Shown here one piece after another: positions 29,393 to 38,744 of a DNA stretch of 64,000 bases. Numbering within the stretch: position 1 is the first letter of the stretch; the number at the start of each line of letters is the position of its first letter. The position numbers and the translations under genes were made by a program. Source of the stretch: a virus (taxonomy: Duplodnaviria > Heunggongvirae > Uroviricota > Caudoviricetes > Schitoviridae); IMG/VR virus record IMGVR_UViG_2974672511_000001, positions 12,919 through 76,918 of that record; one strand, given 5' to 3'. The notes under the pieces were generated by a model. That model worked only from the letters and a program-made list of their open reading frames with translations. It was not told where the DNA came from and made no database searches.

Positions 29393-31558
29393 TTATTTTC
29401 TGCTTAGTTTGTTGCCTACTGACTTCATGATAGTCGAGTAGATCTCAGACAAGTCCATGCTATCCGCCATCTTGCTATTTAGAGCAATGACCGCATCTTG
29501 CACTTCATCGTAGTCCTTACCCGAATCAACAAGCATTAGTGCATACTTGATCATCTGGTTTGAACGGTTGCCTTTGCCAGTCTTCTGAATGAACCAACGC
29601 TCTAGATTATCTAGAGATTGAAGATCCGTAACACGTTTCTTCTGCTCATCAGCTTTAGACGACTTAGGGATGAACGGTAGTACATCTAGGATTTCACCAT
29701 CGTTGTACTCATATTCACCTTCATGGCTCATCCACTTACGAGGACGATCACAAGTACCATCATCCACCTTGAACGGTAACCAGTCATAAATATTCTGCAT
29801 AAACTCTTTGTAATCTTCAGAGTTAAGTTCCAATTTATAGTTGGTTGGGAACAAGATTCGGAATCGGTCACCATGCTTAGTACCATCATCCTCTAAGAGT
29901 TGATGGCGCTTAGTTGTATAGAACAAACACTTGTGGTCTTTCAGCAGTAATTTAGCAGTTGCTAAACTAACCCCTTCATCCACATCAATCACTACCATGT
30001 TAAAGCCCGGGATGATGTTATCATCTGCTCTATGACCATTTGTAAGGTGGTGAGCCACCCAATGGATACCGCCTTCCTGAACTAACTCATGAAGGTCATC
30101 CCATTTATACACATGGTTCTGGTAGTTATATGCTACATCAGTAGACATGGAGAAGATCATCTCGTCTATGTTCGATTCTTCCAGACTATCTGCCGAAAAG
30201 AACTCGATACCATCTACGAATGACTTCTTGATTACAATGTTGTTCTTATAGCCCCAAGCCGTTGCTAGGTTCATCTGCTCATTCTTGAATGCAGCAGAGC
30301 CTTTGAACGTAGGTACATCCTCAAGCAAGTCAGCATATGTAACATCGGAACCCACGTCAGCTAAGTATTTAGCAAGTTTGACGTGAGGCTTATCACGCTT
30401 CAGCAGTTCCTGGAGGGCCTCCCCAGATTCTTCAACCAATTTGACCGCTTCTTCGAAGTGATTAGACTTAATGTTAGCTGATCCATCTATGAATGCGTAC
30501 GTGCCCGCGAGTTTAAGAGCTTTGAAATAACGGTGTGTCATCTCAGCTCGTGCAATAGATTGCATCTCAGGCATCATCCCCGCGCGTTGTGCGCAGCGCA
30601 TCTCATATTCGATGATCTCAAGTGTTACCGCTTGGTCTACCAGCAGTCGCTTACCGTGGTTCTGAGGCTCAGCAATCTTCTCTAGTTGGTCTGCAACATC
30701 TGCGAGGAATTTACTGTTGTTAGTATCAGTACGACGTTTAAGGATCTCAGCTGGATCTAGTGACAACATGTCGTTAGTGTGGTTCTTAACGAAACCGAAC
30801 AGACAGCGACGAGCATAACCCGTAGACAGGAATGAGTAGAACTCTTCTTCTGTCTTGCCACCATCAAACAGTTTGTCTGGAGTACCAAATAACATCATGT
30901 TAGTCGGAGTACACCCATCGATATCTTCTGAACGAACATTATCAACGGTGTTCTTGATAAGCTTTGGCTTAGTCTTACCCACATCGTACAACTCTAAGAA
31001 TGAGTTAAGTACATCTGTGTTAGCGATAAGGTTAGAACCGATCTCATCCATTTCTAAGTTTACTGCACCAGTCTTGGCCATAAGTAACTTATGACGCATC
31101 TGCTTAACCGCAGGGGCAGTACCTTCTGAGAATGAGAATACAAACTTACCTAGTTTTGTGAACTCAATGTTCACGTCTTCGCGTTCCTTATCAGGGTCAG
31201 TACCGTTTTTAGCAGCACGTTCCATAGCAAGATCTTTTAGAGACTGCTCGCCAATGATAGGAAGTGTATTTTTAAGGAAGAAGTCCTTAAACTTATGGAT
31301 TACTTGGGTCTCAATCAGGTTAGTAGAATAACCCTTACTGAAGCCCGAAGGTGCTAAGTTAATAGCGTACATATTGATTGGAATAGTACCGCGATCCATT
31401 GTCTGGATTTCAGGTCTCATAGTCCCTACCACCTTAGCAAGGTAGTAAGCTACGAGCACCCGAAAAAAGAGAGGGTTATCTGATTGCGTCTTGTTACACA
31501 AAACGCTAACCAGTTTCTCCGACAAAGGGTTATGTACCATTTGGTCGTATGACTTCAC
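29393..31558 (-). CDS. DNA primase / replication protein (N4 gp43-like), possible primase-polymerase-type core
   Basis: 721 aa, in the replication module. Contains NMVVIDVDEG, a hhhDhD-type motif. No clear helicase Walker A seen. Confidence 0.45.
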   Translation of the reverse strand: MKSYDQMVHNPLSEKLVSVLCNKTQSDNPLFFRVLVAYYLAKVVGTMRPEIQTMDRGTIPINMYAINLAPSGFSKGYSTNLIETQVIHKFKDFFLKNTLPIIGEQSLKDLAMERAAKNGTDPDKEREDVNIEFTKLGKFVFSFSEGTAPAVKQMRHKLLMAKTGAVNLEMDEIGSNLIANTDVLNSFLELYDVGKTKPKLIKNTVDNVRSEDIDGCTPTNMMLFGTPDKLFDGGKTEEEFYSFLSTGYARRCLFGFVKNHTNDMLSLDPAEILKRRTDTNNSKFLADVADQLEKIAEPQNHGKRLLVDQAVTLEIIEYEMRCAQRAGMMPEMQSIARAEMTHRYFKALKLAGTYAFIDGSANIKSNHFEEAVKLVEESGEALQELLKRDKPHVKLAKYLADVGSDVTYADLLEDVPTFKGSAAFKNEQMNLATAWGYKNNIVIKKSFVDGIEFFSADSLEESNIDEMIFSMSTDVAYNYQNHVYKWDDLHELVQEGGIHWVAHHLTNGHRADDNIIPGFNMVVIDVDEGVSLATAKLLLKDHKCLFYTTKRHQLLEDDGTKHGDRFRILFPTNYKLELNSEDYKEFMQNIYDWLPFKVDDGTCDRPRKWMSHEGEYEYNDGEILDVLPFIPKSSKADEQKKRVTDLQSLDNLERWFIQKTGKGNRSNQMIKYALMLVDSGKDYDEVQDAVIALNSKMADSMDLSEIYSTIMKSVGNKLSRK

Positions 31559-32037
31559 GTGGTTCTCCCGTGATTTTCATGGTACCCGTAGATCTTTTCT
31601 GCAGCTTTGCGTATAGCTACTGCTTTATCATAATCTACGTGAGTACCCAAGTGGATTTTTCCCAGACGTACTGTCCATTTACCTCGGGTGTCCTTAGACA
31701 CTCCAGGCTGACCTGACGTGTTGGTAGAGTATTTCTTCATGTTTTGGGCGTTACCTTTTGCACCTACTTCACGTAGGTTAACCGCCCTGTTATCCCCCTT
31801 GTCCCCATTAATATGATCAAGCATCTCAATGGGCCACTCGCCAGTTTGTAATAACCAACATACGCGATGTGCCAAGTATAGGGTTCCTTGGTACCTAAAT
31901 ACTAGATATCCCCCAGTATTCTTAGTACGGATTTTAGAACCTTTTTTCACATTATATGCTGCATCAACCAACCAAGTTAGATCTCCAGTGTCTGGATCAT
32001 ATGCCACAACTTTAGCCATATCTTCATATGGTTTCAT
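31555..32037 (-). CDS. HNH homing endonuclease with AP2 domain
   Basis: LAHRVCW...LDHINGDKGDNRAVNLR (HNH), then PGVSKDTRGKWTVRLGKIHLGTHVDYDKAVAIRKAAE (AP2). Confidence 0.7.
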   Translation of the reverse strand: MKPYEDMAKVVAYDPDTGDLTWLVDAAYNVKKGSKIRTKNTGGYLVFRYQGTLYLAHRVCWLLQTGEWPIEMLDHINGDKGDNRAVNLREVGAKGNAQNMKKYSTNTSGQPGVSKDTRGKWTVRLGKIHLGTHVDYDKAVAIRKAAEKIYGYHENHGRTT

Positions 32038-32048
32038 TAAAACTCCTC

Positions 32049-32921
32049 TTAACCGTCAAACCATTCTTCATAGTTATCAGGTAGGACGTAACCACCGAAG
32101 TGGTAAATAAATTTAGTACGTACATTTGCAGGGAACTGGAAGTCCTTGCCATCGTCATTTAAAGGTTTGCTAGTGTCTAGATAGTAGTTGAAGTCTATAT
32201 CAGGCCGCTTACGACTTTTACTCTGGTAATGTGCTTGGTTATAGTCAACCTCATACATGTCCATAGCCGCACAGATCGTAGCTAGGGTCTGATCATCATA
32301 TGTACCATCGAATAACTTAGGAGCTAAGTCTGCAATTACCTCACCTTTAGCAGCTTTCGATTGGTAACGTGCATGGTTATCCATTCCAATACAGGATTCA
32401 TCCCCTAACAGTACTAAGAGTTTAATCTCACCTACCTTCTCACGTATGAGGGACTTCAGTTGTTTATTCACAACCATCGGTTTATTACCTACTAGTTCAC
32501 CTTCGTACACACAGTCGTGTACTATTAACCCTTTTCTAAGGGGGTCGTACTGTACCTTAATACTACGTCCTGTGACAGGAATATCTAAGGCTTGTATACG
32601 AGATCTAGAAGCATACTGATATTTCTTAGACCCACTCACCACATTAAAACCTGGGTACATAGTAACTAAATTATGTGCATGCATACTGATTACAGGGTAC
32701 TCATCATCGGTAAGTACTTCCCAATCTCTCATAGGAGAACGCATATTCCAGTATTCATAGTTAGCTTTCAATTTATTCATAGTCTTCAAGGCTTTCTGGA
32801 TAATTTCTATGTTCTCTTTCTTAAGTAAAGGTGCAAATAGTGCAGCTAGGTGTTCTTCTTTATCTGTACCAAAAGGGAAGAACTTCTTCCCTGTCGGTAG
32901 AGGAGTTGAATTATATTCCAT
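32049..32921 (-). CDS. hypothetical protein (290 aa); weak metallophosphoesterase-like motifs
   Basis: MHAHNL, LLVLLGDE, DNHARY resemble calcineurin-like phosphoesterase motifs. Not conclusive. Confidence 0.25.
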   Translation of the reverse strand: MEYNSTPLPTGKKFFPFGTDKEEHLAALFAPLLKKENIEIIQKALKTMNKLKANYEYWNMRSPMRDWEVLTDDEYPVISMHAHNLVTMYPGFNVVSGSKKYQYASRSRIQALDIPVTGRSIKVQYDPLRKGLIVHDCVYEGELVGNKPMVVNKQLKSLIREKVGEIKLLVLLGDESCIGMDNHARYQSKAAKGEVIADLAPKLFDGTYDDQTLATICAAMDMYEVDYNQAHYQSKSRKRPDIDFNYYLDTSKPLNDDGKDFQFPANVRTKFIYHFGGYVLPDNYEEWFDG

Positions 32922-33520
32922 TAGATTTTTAACTCTCCAGAGTTTATGTATTTAAGTAATGCATCCCTTAACATAGGGTTGCTGGTATTAACAGCCTCCC
33001 TGTAGGCTAACTGTTGTTTGTGTTTCAAGTATGCTTCTGCTGCTTCTTCTGGCGAGATGAATGAACCTAAATAAGTCCTTTTACCTTCATAAAAGCAGGA
33101 GGCACTGTAAGGTTTGTTACGTTTACCTCCTAACTTACGAACACCTATAGGATATTTACCTCTAGGTGTACGCATACCTACAAACATTGTGTTAATCCGT
33201 TGAGGAATGAACATACATGTATCTGGGGAGTAGGTTCGACTATTAGGGACTCGCAGGTCTTTATCCAACTCAAGATGCTCCCAGTCTTGGTTTTTCATCC
33301 AATCCTTGAAGTTAGAGAAGGTTTTCCAATCTTCACATACTTCACAATCATCGTGGGAAGCTTTCCTCCCTCCATAACATCTGTTAAGCATTGCAGCCCA
33401 TCTAGCATAGTAAGGGCAATCGTATACAGGCGAGTCAGAGTCATTAACCCCGACACCGCACACTAGTTTGCTCACACTTTTAACTCCCCTGATTGAATAT
33501 AAGCGTCTTTCTGAGTACAT
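32921..33520 (-). CDS. HNH homing endonuclease with AP2-like domain
   Basis: YYARWAAMLNRCYGG...CEVCEDW...LDKDLRVPNSRTYSPDTC, then GVRKLGGKRNKPYSASCFYEGKRTYLGSFISPEEAAEAY. Confidence 0.65.
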   Translation of the reverse strand: MYSERRLYSIRGVKSVSKLVCGVGVNDSDSPVYDCPYYARWAAMLNRCYGGRKASHDDCEVCEDWKTFSNFKDWMKNQDWEHLELDKDLRVPNSRTYSPDTCMFIPQRINTMFVGMRTPRGKYPIGVRKLGGKRNKPYSASCFYEGKRTYLGSFISPEEAAEAYLKHKQQLAYREAVNTSNPMLRDALLKYINSGELKI

Positions 33521-34455
33521 ACGTTAAACCCAGCACAGTACATACAAGCACGTGGTGGTGGCTTAACCTCTTTAACGATACCAACAGAACCATCTTGGAC
33601 AAACTTCAGATTCGCTTCCTGAGGTGAATCAAACACCTTGGTAGCTCTAACCCCCTGAGGGTTCTTATAGTATTTCCATTTGGTTCCTGACCGCCAAAGC
33701 TCTTTATCTGTACATTCTGGTAAGGCACTCTCCGGCATACTAGAGTACATATCGATCTGGCTCAACTTACGTCGAATCCAGTTCTCAGTCCACTGAGTAT
33801 CCTTTAGAGGGAATTCCTTTTCCACCATGTCGGTAGGAGGATAATTTTTTTGTTTGGTGCTATAGCTGTTCCAATCCTTGAAGAAGAATTGAATGGCCAT
33901 AACATCCTTAGTAATAATATCGGGCATACCCCACTTATAAATACTACCCTGCATAGAGTAGTCCTCATCCTTGTTACCAGATGTATAAGTGTAAGTACCT
34001 GTCTGTTTGAAATCTTCTAGGCGACCATCGCCACAGAAATCGAACTGACCTGTTACAATCCAACCATCTAAGGGTTTATAGAAGCGTTGCTCCATATACA
34101 CAGGGATTTGTCCAGGTTCAACCTTATCAGGGTTTAGTACTACTTTGTCGATGATCTTCTGAGGGTATCCCAGAGCTTGCATCGAACCCTTGTAGTTGTT
34201 CACCCAAGCACTCTCAATCGCATCGTGCAGAGCAGTACCGCCTCTAGACGCACTCATAGCTGAGATGTCAACTGGCTTTGCCATGGCGGTACCATCGGCT
34301 CTGCTTGTCAGGATGATCTGTCGAGTACTTTTAAGAAGGGTTGTAGCTGAGATGTATTTCTTCCCATCATCGGGAGGCTGCTGATATGTATCGTTAGCCA
34401 AATACACTGCTACAGATAGAGGTATGTTTCTATCATTGGTATAAGTTTTGGTCAT
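33472..34455 (-). CDS. PD-(D/E)XK nuclease, Cas4/RecB-like, with C-terminal Fe-S-type cysteine cluster
   Basis: GQFDFCGDGRLEDFKQTG (D...ExK-like core). C-terminal C-x2-C-x5-C (CMYCAGFNVC) plus an N-terminal Cys, as in Cas4/AddB-type nucleases. Confidence 0.4.
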   Translation of the reverse strand: MTKTYTNDRNIPLSVAVYLANDTYQQPPDDGKKYISATTLLKSTRQIILTSRADGTAMAKPVDISAMSASRGGTALHDAIESAWVNNYKGSMQALGYPQKIIDKVVLNPDKVEPGQIPVYMEQRFYKPLDGWIVTGQFDFCGDGRLEDFKQTGTYTYTSGNKDEDYSMQGSIYKWGMPDIITKDVMAIQFFFKDWNSYSTKQKNYPPTDMVEKEFPLKDTQWTENWIRRKLSQIDMYSSMPESALPECTDKELWRSGTKWKYYKNPQGVRATKVFDSPQEANLKFVQDGSVGIVKEVKPPPRACMYCAGFNVCTQKDAYIQSGELKV

Positions 34456-34457
34456 AC

Positions 34458-35027
34458 TTACCCCTTTAGGAGTTTGTATACCTCACACTCATTAAGGAAA
34501 TCTAGTGCTGCAACTATAGGGACAGTACGTGCAACGTCACCAAACCCTAGTTGTACCTCTTCATTATCGAGGTCAACAAGATACGAGGAGCCGAACCAAA
34601 ACATCCTAGCCTGTATCGGTAAAGATGCAGGGATACGTAGGTGGTCAGAGTAATTAGTAAAAAGAGTGGAGTGCTTATTCTTAAACACTTCACGTTCGTA
34701 CACAAACTCATCTTGTTTGTCCTGATGCTCTTTCTGAATAGCCAACATCTCAGCCGATAGTTGACGTATACGTCTATCGAAATGTTTGGTAAATCCCGGG
34801 TACTTAGTAGAACCTTTAGCGGATAGAAAGTCAGGATTAACTTTAAGTACCCCTATACTATCGGACTCAATGACGATACACATCGTGGTGTGATGTTTTT
34901 GGTCTGGATCTAGGTCAGGTTTTTTATACTTAATGTATGTCTCACCGAACATCGAACATGCTTCGATATTTTCTAGCGGTATCCCTAACTCCGTGTGGAG
35001 GTAGTGTTTGATTTTTTCGGGGTCCAT
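34458..35027 (-). CDS. hypothetical protein (189 aa)
   Basis: Tightly packed within the operon. No recognisable motif. Confidence 0.4.
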   Translation of the reverse strand: MDPEKIKHYLHTELGIPLENIEACSMFGETYIKYKKPDLDPDQKHHTTMCIVIESDSIGVLKVNPDFLSAKGSTKYPGFTKHFDRRIRQLSAEMLAIQKEHQDKQDEFVYEREVFKNKHSTLFTNYSDHLRIPASLPIQARMFWFGSSYLVDLDNEEVQLGFGDVARTVPIVAALDFLNECEVYKLLKG

Positions 35028-35064
35028 AGGACTCTCCGTTAAGAGGCCCTACGAGCCTCATTGG

Positions 35065-36156
35065 TTACAGGTCATCAAAGTCCATATCTGCTGTATCATC
35101 AACCATAGCACCCACATTATATGAGGTAAGTTGAATCTCTTGAGCAGCTGATTGAACCTTGCTCCCATCTAGGTAGTTATCCATGTATGGAAGTGGGTTG
35201 TCTTTTGGTGCACGGAATGAAGCCGTTACACCTAATACGTCATACACAGGTTTAGCCATGTAACGTACGTAGCCTTTCAACATTGGAGCTGTTAGGCCAA
35301 CTACTTGACGACCTTCGCTAAATGCGTAATCAGTCCAGTTAAGTTCATTGTCCACAATAGTATCCAAGATCGTTTTGATCTCTCCACTATTACGGGCAAT
35401 AGCCGCTTGCCATGCTGGGTCTTTCACTAAGATGTCTAGGATAGTATAGTCCATCTTTGTGTGTAGTTTCTCATCACGAGCAATTAGCTTCACTAACTGA
35501 ACGATACCTTGGAAGTGTCCACGCTCTCCGATAGCAAATGTCACTGCAAATGATGCCATGAAAGCGATAGCTTCCAGAGCAAATAAAGCAACGAATGCCA
35601 GAAGGATTGCGTCTTCACGTTCACGTTTAGCATCCTCATCCATCAGTACTGCACAACGTTTCTCAACGTCTGCAATACGATCGAAAGCTTCAACGATTGG
35701 ACCACTACGTTGTAGTACTTCCATATTGCTATAAGTTTCTTTCATTGCATCCGTTGGATTGATAAAAGTCTGCTTAACAATATGCGAGTAGGTACGCGCA
35801 TGAATAGTCTCAAAGAAGCTCCAAAGGTTAACTAGACCTTCTAACTCTGAGTTAGTGATATAAGGGGCTAGAGTCCCACTGATTGAACGTCCTGCGACAC
35901 TATCAGCTAGCCATTGCCAGCTTACAGTCTTCACCATCAGGTCTACAGTTCCCGGGTCTAACGTCTTCATATCCATAGTATCCTGAGTCAGGTCTACCTC
36001 GAACTCATTCCACAATTGTGAAAGCTGCTGTTGATACAGATGCTCCAATTGAGGATAGTTAGTGTGGATGGAGTCAAATAGTCCTAGATCTTCGCCTAGG
36101 AATAGAGGGTACTTTGTAGCGTACCCATTGTTATCTTTATTGAATTGCGTCATCAC
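35065..36156 (-). CDS. nrdB: ribonucleotide reductase class I beta subunit
   Basis: Di-iron ligand motifs FALEAIAFMASFA and IARDEKLH. ~360 aa. Overlaps the nrdA stop. Confidence 0.7.
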   Translation of the reverse strand: MMTQFNKDNNGYATKYPLFLGEDLGLFDSIHTNYPQLEHLYQQQLSQLWNEFEVDLTQDTMDMKTLDPGTVDLMVKTVSWQWLADSVAGRSISGTLAPYITNSELEGLVNLWSFFETIHARTYSHIVKQTFINPTDAMKETYSNMEVLQRSGPIVEAFDRIADVEKRCAVLMDEDAKREREDAILLAFVALFALEAIAFMASFAVTFAIGERGHFQGIVQLVKLIARDEKLHTKMDYTILDILVKDPAWQAAIARNSGEIKTILDTIVDNELNWTDYAFSEGRQVVGLTAPMLKGYVRYMAKPVYDVLGVTASFRAPKDNPLPYMDNYLDGSKVQSAAQEIQLTSYNVGAMVDDTADMDFDDL

Positions 36157-38297
36157 ATCTTACACTCTTCGCATTCACCTTCCTTCGCCATATCATGGAA
36201 AGAATCTTGAACGTCATTAGTATTCACGTAGTACAGAGTTTTCATACCCACCTGTGACTGATACACAAACTCTTTCATCATTTGGCTCAAAGGAACCTTC
36301 CCATCAGGGAATTGACTAGGAGTTACATAAGTATCTGCGCTAATGGATTGGTCTGTATACGCCTGAACAGCTCCGTAAGCTTTGTACAAAGTACGGGTAC
36401 TGATATTCCAAGCAATCTCCTCTACCTGAGGGGCGATGTACTGGACAGCACCTTTACGGCTCTGCTTATTGATTACACGGCTCCTGACAGGGTACAAACC
36501 ATTGGTAGCATTACTGAATACAGCTGAACTTTCTGTCGGCATGTGGGCCACTAGCACAGAGTTGGCACGAGGTTTACCACGTAAACCCTCCCAAGATAAC
36601 TCAGGGGCTTTAGATGTAGACTTAGTGTCAATTGGTAACCAATTAGGATCAATGCCACCGACTGCAGGATAACCGTACTTACTAACCATAGTCATAGACG
36701 CACAAAGCATCGCATGGTAATGGCGCTCAGCAAGCATCTCAATCTCATCGGAGTCATCGTATTTCAGGCCCTCACTGTATAAGTACTCGGCTAAGCCGGT
36801 GATACCTACACCTAGAGATCTTCTACGCTCTAAATTAACTTTAAGTGAAGGTGCAAACATACCTACTCGATCAATGATACGATTAAGTGTTAACACTATG
36901 ATATTCGCCACTTCTTGATAATTAGATAGTTTAAAGTGCTTACTACCTACGTTAAACGCAGCTAGAGTACAGAAAGCCATCTCACCTTTTGAGATGCCGC
37001 TAGGGTCATACACGTCAGGCATATCTTCGAAGGGTGCAGTAGGTAAAGCGATCTCCATACAGAGATTAGATTGATGGATATCATCAAGGAATGGAGTATG
37101 TGTGTTAGTGGTATCAAGGTTGATAGCATAAACACGTCCAGTATCTTGACGTACCGTCAGGAAAGCCTTTAAGACTTCACGAGCTGGGATAGTCCCATGA
37201 ATAGTCCCATCGATAGATTTCAGTACAATCGGGCGATCGGCTTTAACACAATCAATGAAATTATTATCATAGGCTAAAGAGTAATCCAGTTTATCAATAC
37301 GCTTGTTCTCAGGGGTCTTTTGAGACTTGAGGTTCAAGAGTTCTAATATTTCTGGATCATACACAGAGTAAGTTACAGTAGCTGAACCACCGCGAGTTAC
37401 TTGTGTGAACATCTTCACTGCCTTATCGACAGTTGCATAGATACCTGATTTACCTAAGTGCTTAACTCGGCCACCTTTAACAGCATCACCTTTAGAGCGA
37501 GTGTCAAAACGGATACCGATGCCAGCCTTCTTAGCGGTCATCTTATAAGCTAGATGTTCTGCTACCCCAATAGAGTCCACAGTGTCGCCACCATGAATGA
37601 CACTGCAGCTGATTGAATCAAAGTCCCCATTCCGACAACCGTTAAGGACAGGAGTAGGAAGGTTAATAAGGCCGCGTAAAATATTTTCTGCCAAAGAGAA
37701 AGCTTCTTCAGTTTCTCCATGTATAGCGATAGACAGCGCGAGAATAGCTGCATGGGGTGTCTCCACAGGATTGTCAGCGATGGTTAAGGAGTACTTATCC
37801 ATCCATTGTTTGATTTGCCAGTACTCTAATTTGTACTGGTACAGTTTACGATACCACTCGTTAACAGTGTCTTCGTCCACTAGCTTAAAGGTCCATAGAC
37901 CGTGACTGGCATAGAAGTCATGTAAGTTGGTAAAGCTCATACGATCGGAAATACCTACATTCTGTAGGTTCTTACGCAATTCACCATACAACAAGCGTGC
38001 AGCAACGCGAGAATACAGAATATCCTCTTTGTCTAAACATACTTGAATCATGGTTTGGTGGATATCTTCTGTAGTACAAGACATTGGTAGTCTCATCACA
38101 GTAGTATCACAGATTTCTTTCCAATCAACCTTATGTCGAGCAGCATATTGTGCCCAACGTTCGATCTTAGTTGGATCCCAGTCTTCTTGTAGACCAGATT
38201 TTTTAGTGACGGTACGTTTTGCTTCCTCACTGAAGTAGTTACTTAAGTCCATTTTGTGCCTCTGGTTAGTAAATGGGGACGGAACTATATGCCCCAT
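36153..38297 (-). CDS. nrdA: ribonucleotide reductase class I alpha subunit
   Basis: SNLCMEIALP active-site motif. C-terminal CEEC cysteine pair. 714 aa. Confidence 0.8.
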   Translation of the reverse strand: MGHIVPSPFTNQRHKMDLSNYFSEEAKRTVTKKSGLQEDWDPTKIERWAQYAARHKVDWKEICDTTVMRLPMSCTTEDIHQTMIQVCLDKEDILYSRVAARLLYGELRKNLQNVGISDRMSFTNLHDFYASHGLWTFKLVDEDTVNEWYRKLYQYKLEYWQIKQWMDKYSLTIADNPVETPHAAILALSIAIHGETEEAFSLAENILRGLINLPTPVLNGCRNGDFDSISCSVIHGGDTVDSIGVAEHLAYKMTAKKAGIGIRFDTRSKGDAVKGGRVKHLGKSGIYATVDKAVKMFTQVTRGGSATVTYSVYDPEILELLNLKSQKTPENKRIDKLDYSLAYDNNFIDCVKADRPIVLKSIDGTIHGTIPAREVLKAFLTVRQDTGRVYAINLDTTNTHTPFLDDIHQSNLCMEIALPTAPFEDMPDVYDPSGISKGEMAFCTLAAFNVGSKHFKLSNYQEVANIIVLTLNRIIDRVGMFAPSLKVNLERRRSLGVGITGLAEYLYSEGLKYDDSDEIEMLAERHYHAMLCASMTMVSKYGYPAVGGIDPNWLPIDTKSTSKAPELSWEGLRGKPRANSVLVAHMPTESSAVFSNATNGLYPVRSRVINKQSRKGAVQYIAPQVEEIAWNISTRTLYKAYGAVQAYTDQSISADTYVTPSQFPDGKVPLSQMMKEFVYQSQVGMKTLYYVNTNDVQDSFHDMAKEGECEECKM

Positions 38298-38308
38298 TTT
38301 GATCTAGG

Positions 38309-38734
38309 TCAAGTGTGTTTAACACGATTTAACACTTCATGCTGCTTACCGATGGCTTCTTCTAATGTCTTGAATGTACCGTGGACCTTGCCTCCGAGAC
38401 GTACTTGGTAGTTACCACCAGCACGTAAACGGATTCCTAGTAGCCCTGTCTTAGAGTGCTTAGGTACTCTGCGGTTAACGAGTTGAGTATGTTTGTCTGC
38501 CCATATCACGTTTGCGGGTGAGTATCCTTTAGCGTTGTCTACTCGTTCCATGGTGCAACCTTCTGGTCGCTGTCCCATCCATAATAGGAAGTTAGGGAAC
38601 TTGCGCCATGCTGGGCATACTGTAATACCCCGCCCACCATAGTGATGGTAGGCTGTATTGTTCGGATTGGTGCAGCGCTGTATCATATTCTCCCACGTCG
38701 TGTACAGGGGGTGATAGCTCAACCCATGTGTCAT
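38309..38734 (-). CDS. HNH-AP2 homing endonuclease whose C-terminus duplicates the NrdD C-terminal tail
   Basis: YTTWENMIQRCTNPNNTAYHHYGGRGITVCPAW...MERVDNAKGYSPANVIW, then an AP2 domain that ends in GKQHEVLNRVKHT, the NrdD tail. Start moved to MTHGL (ATG at 38734). Confidence 0.65.
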   Translation of the reverse strand: MTHGLSYHPLYTTWENMIQRCTNPNNTAYHHYGGRGITVCPAWRKFPNFLLWMGQRPEGCTMERVDNAKGYSPANVIWADKHTQLVNRRVPKHSKTGLLGIRLRAGGNYQVRLGGKVHGTFKTLEEAIGKQHEVLNRVKHT

Positions 38735-38744
38735 AGGATTCTTT

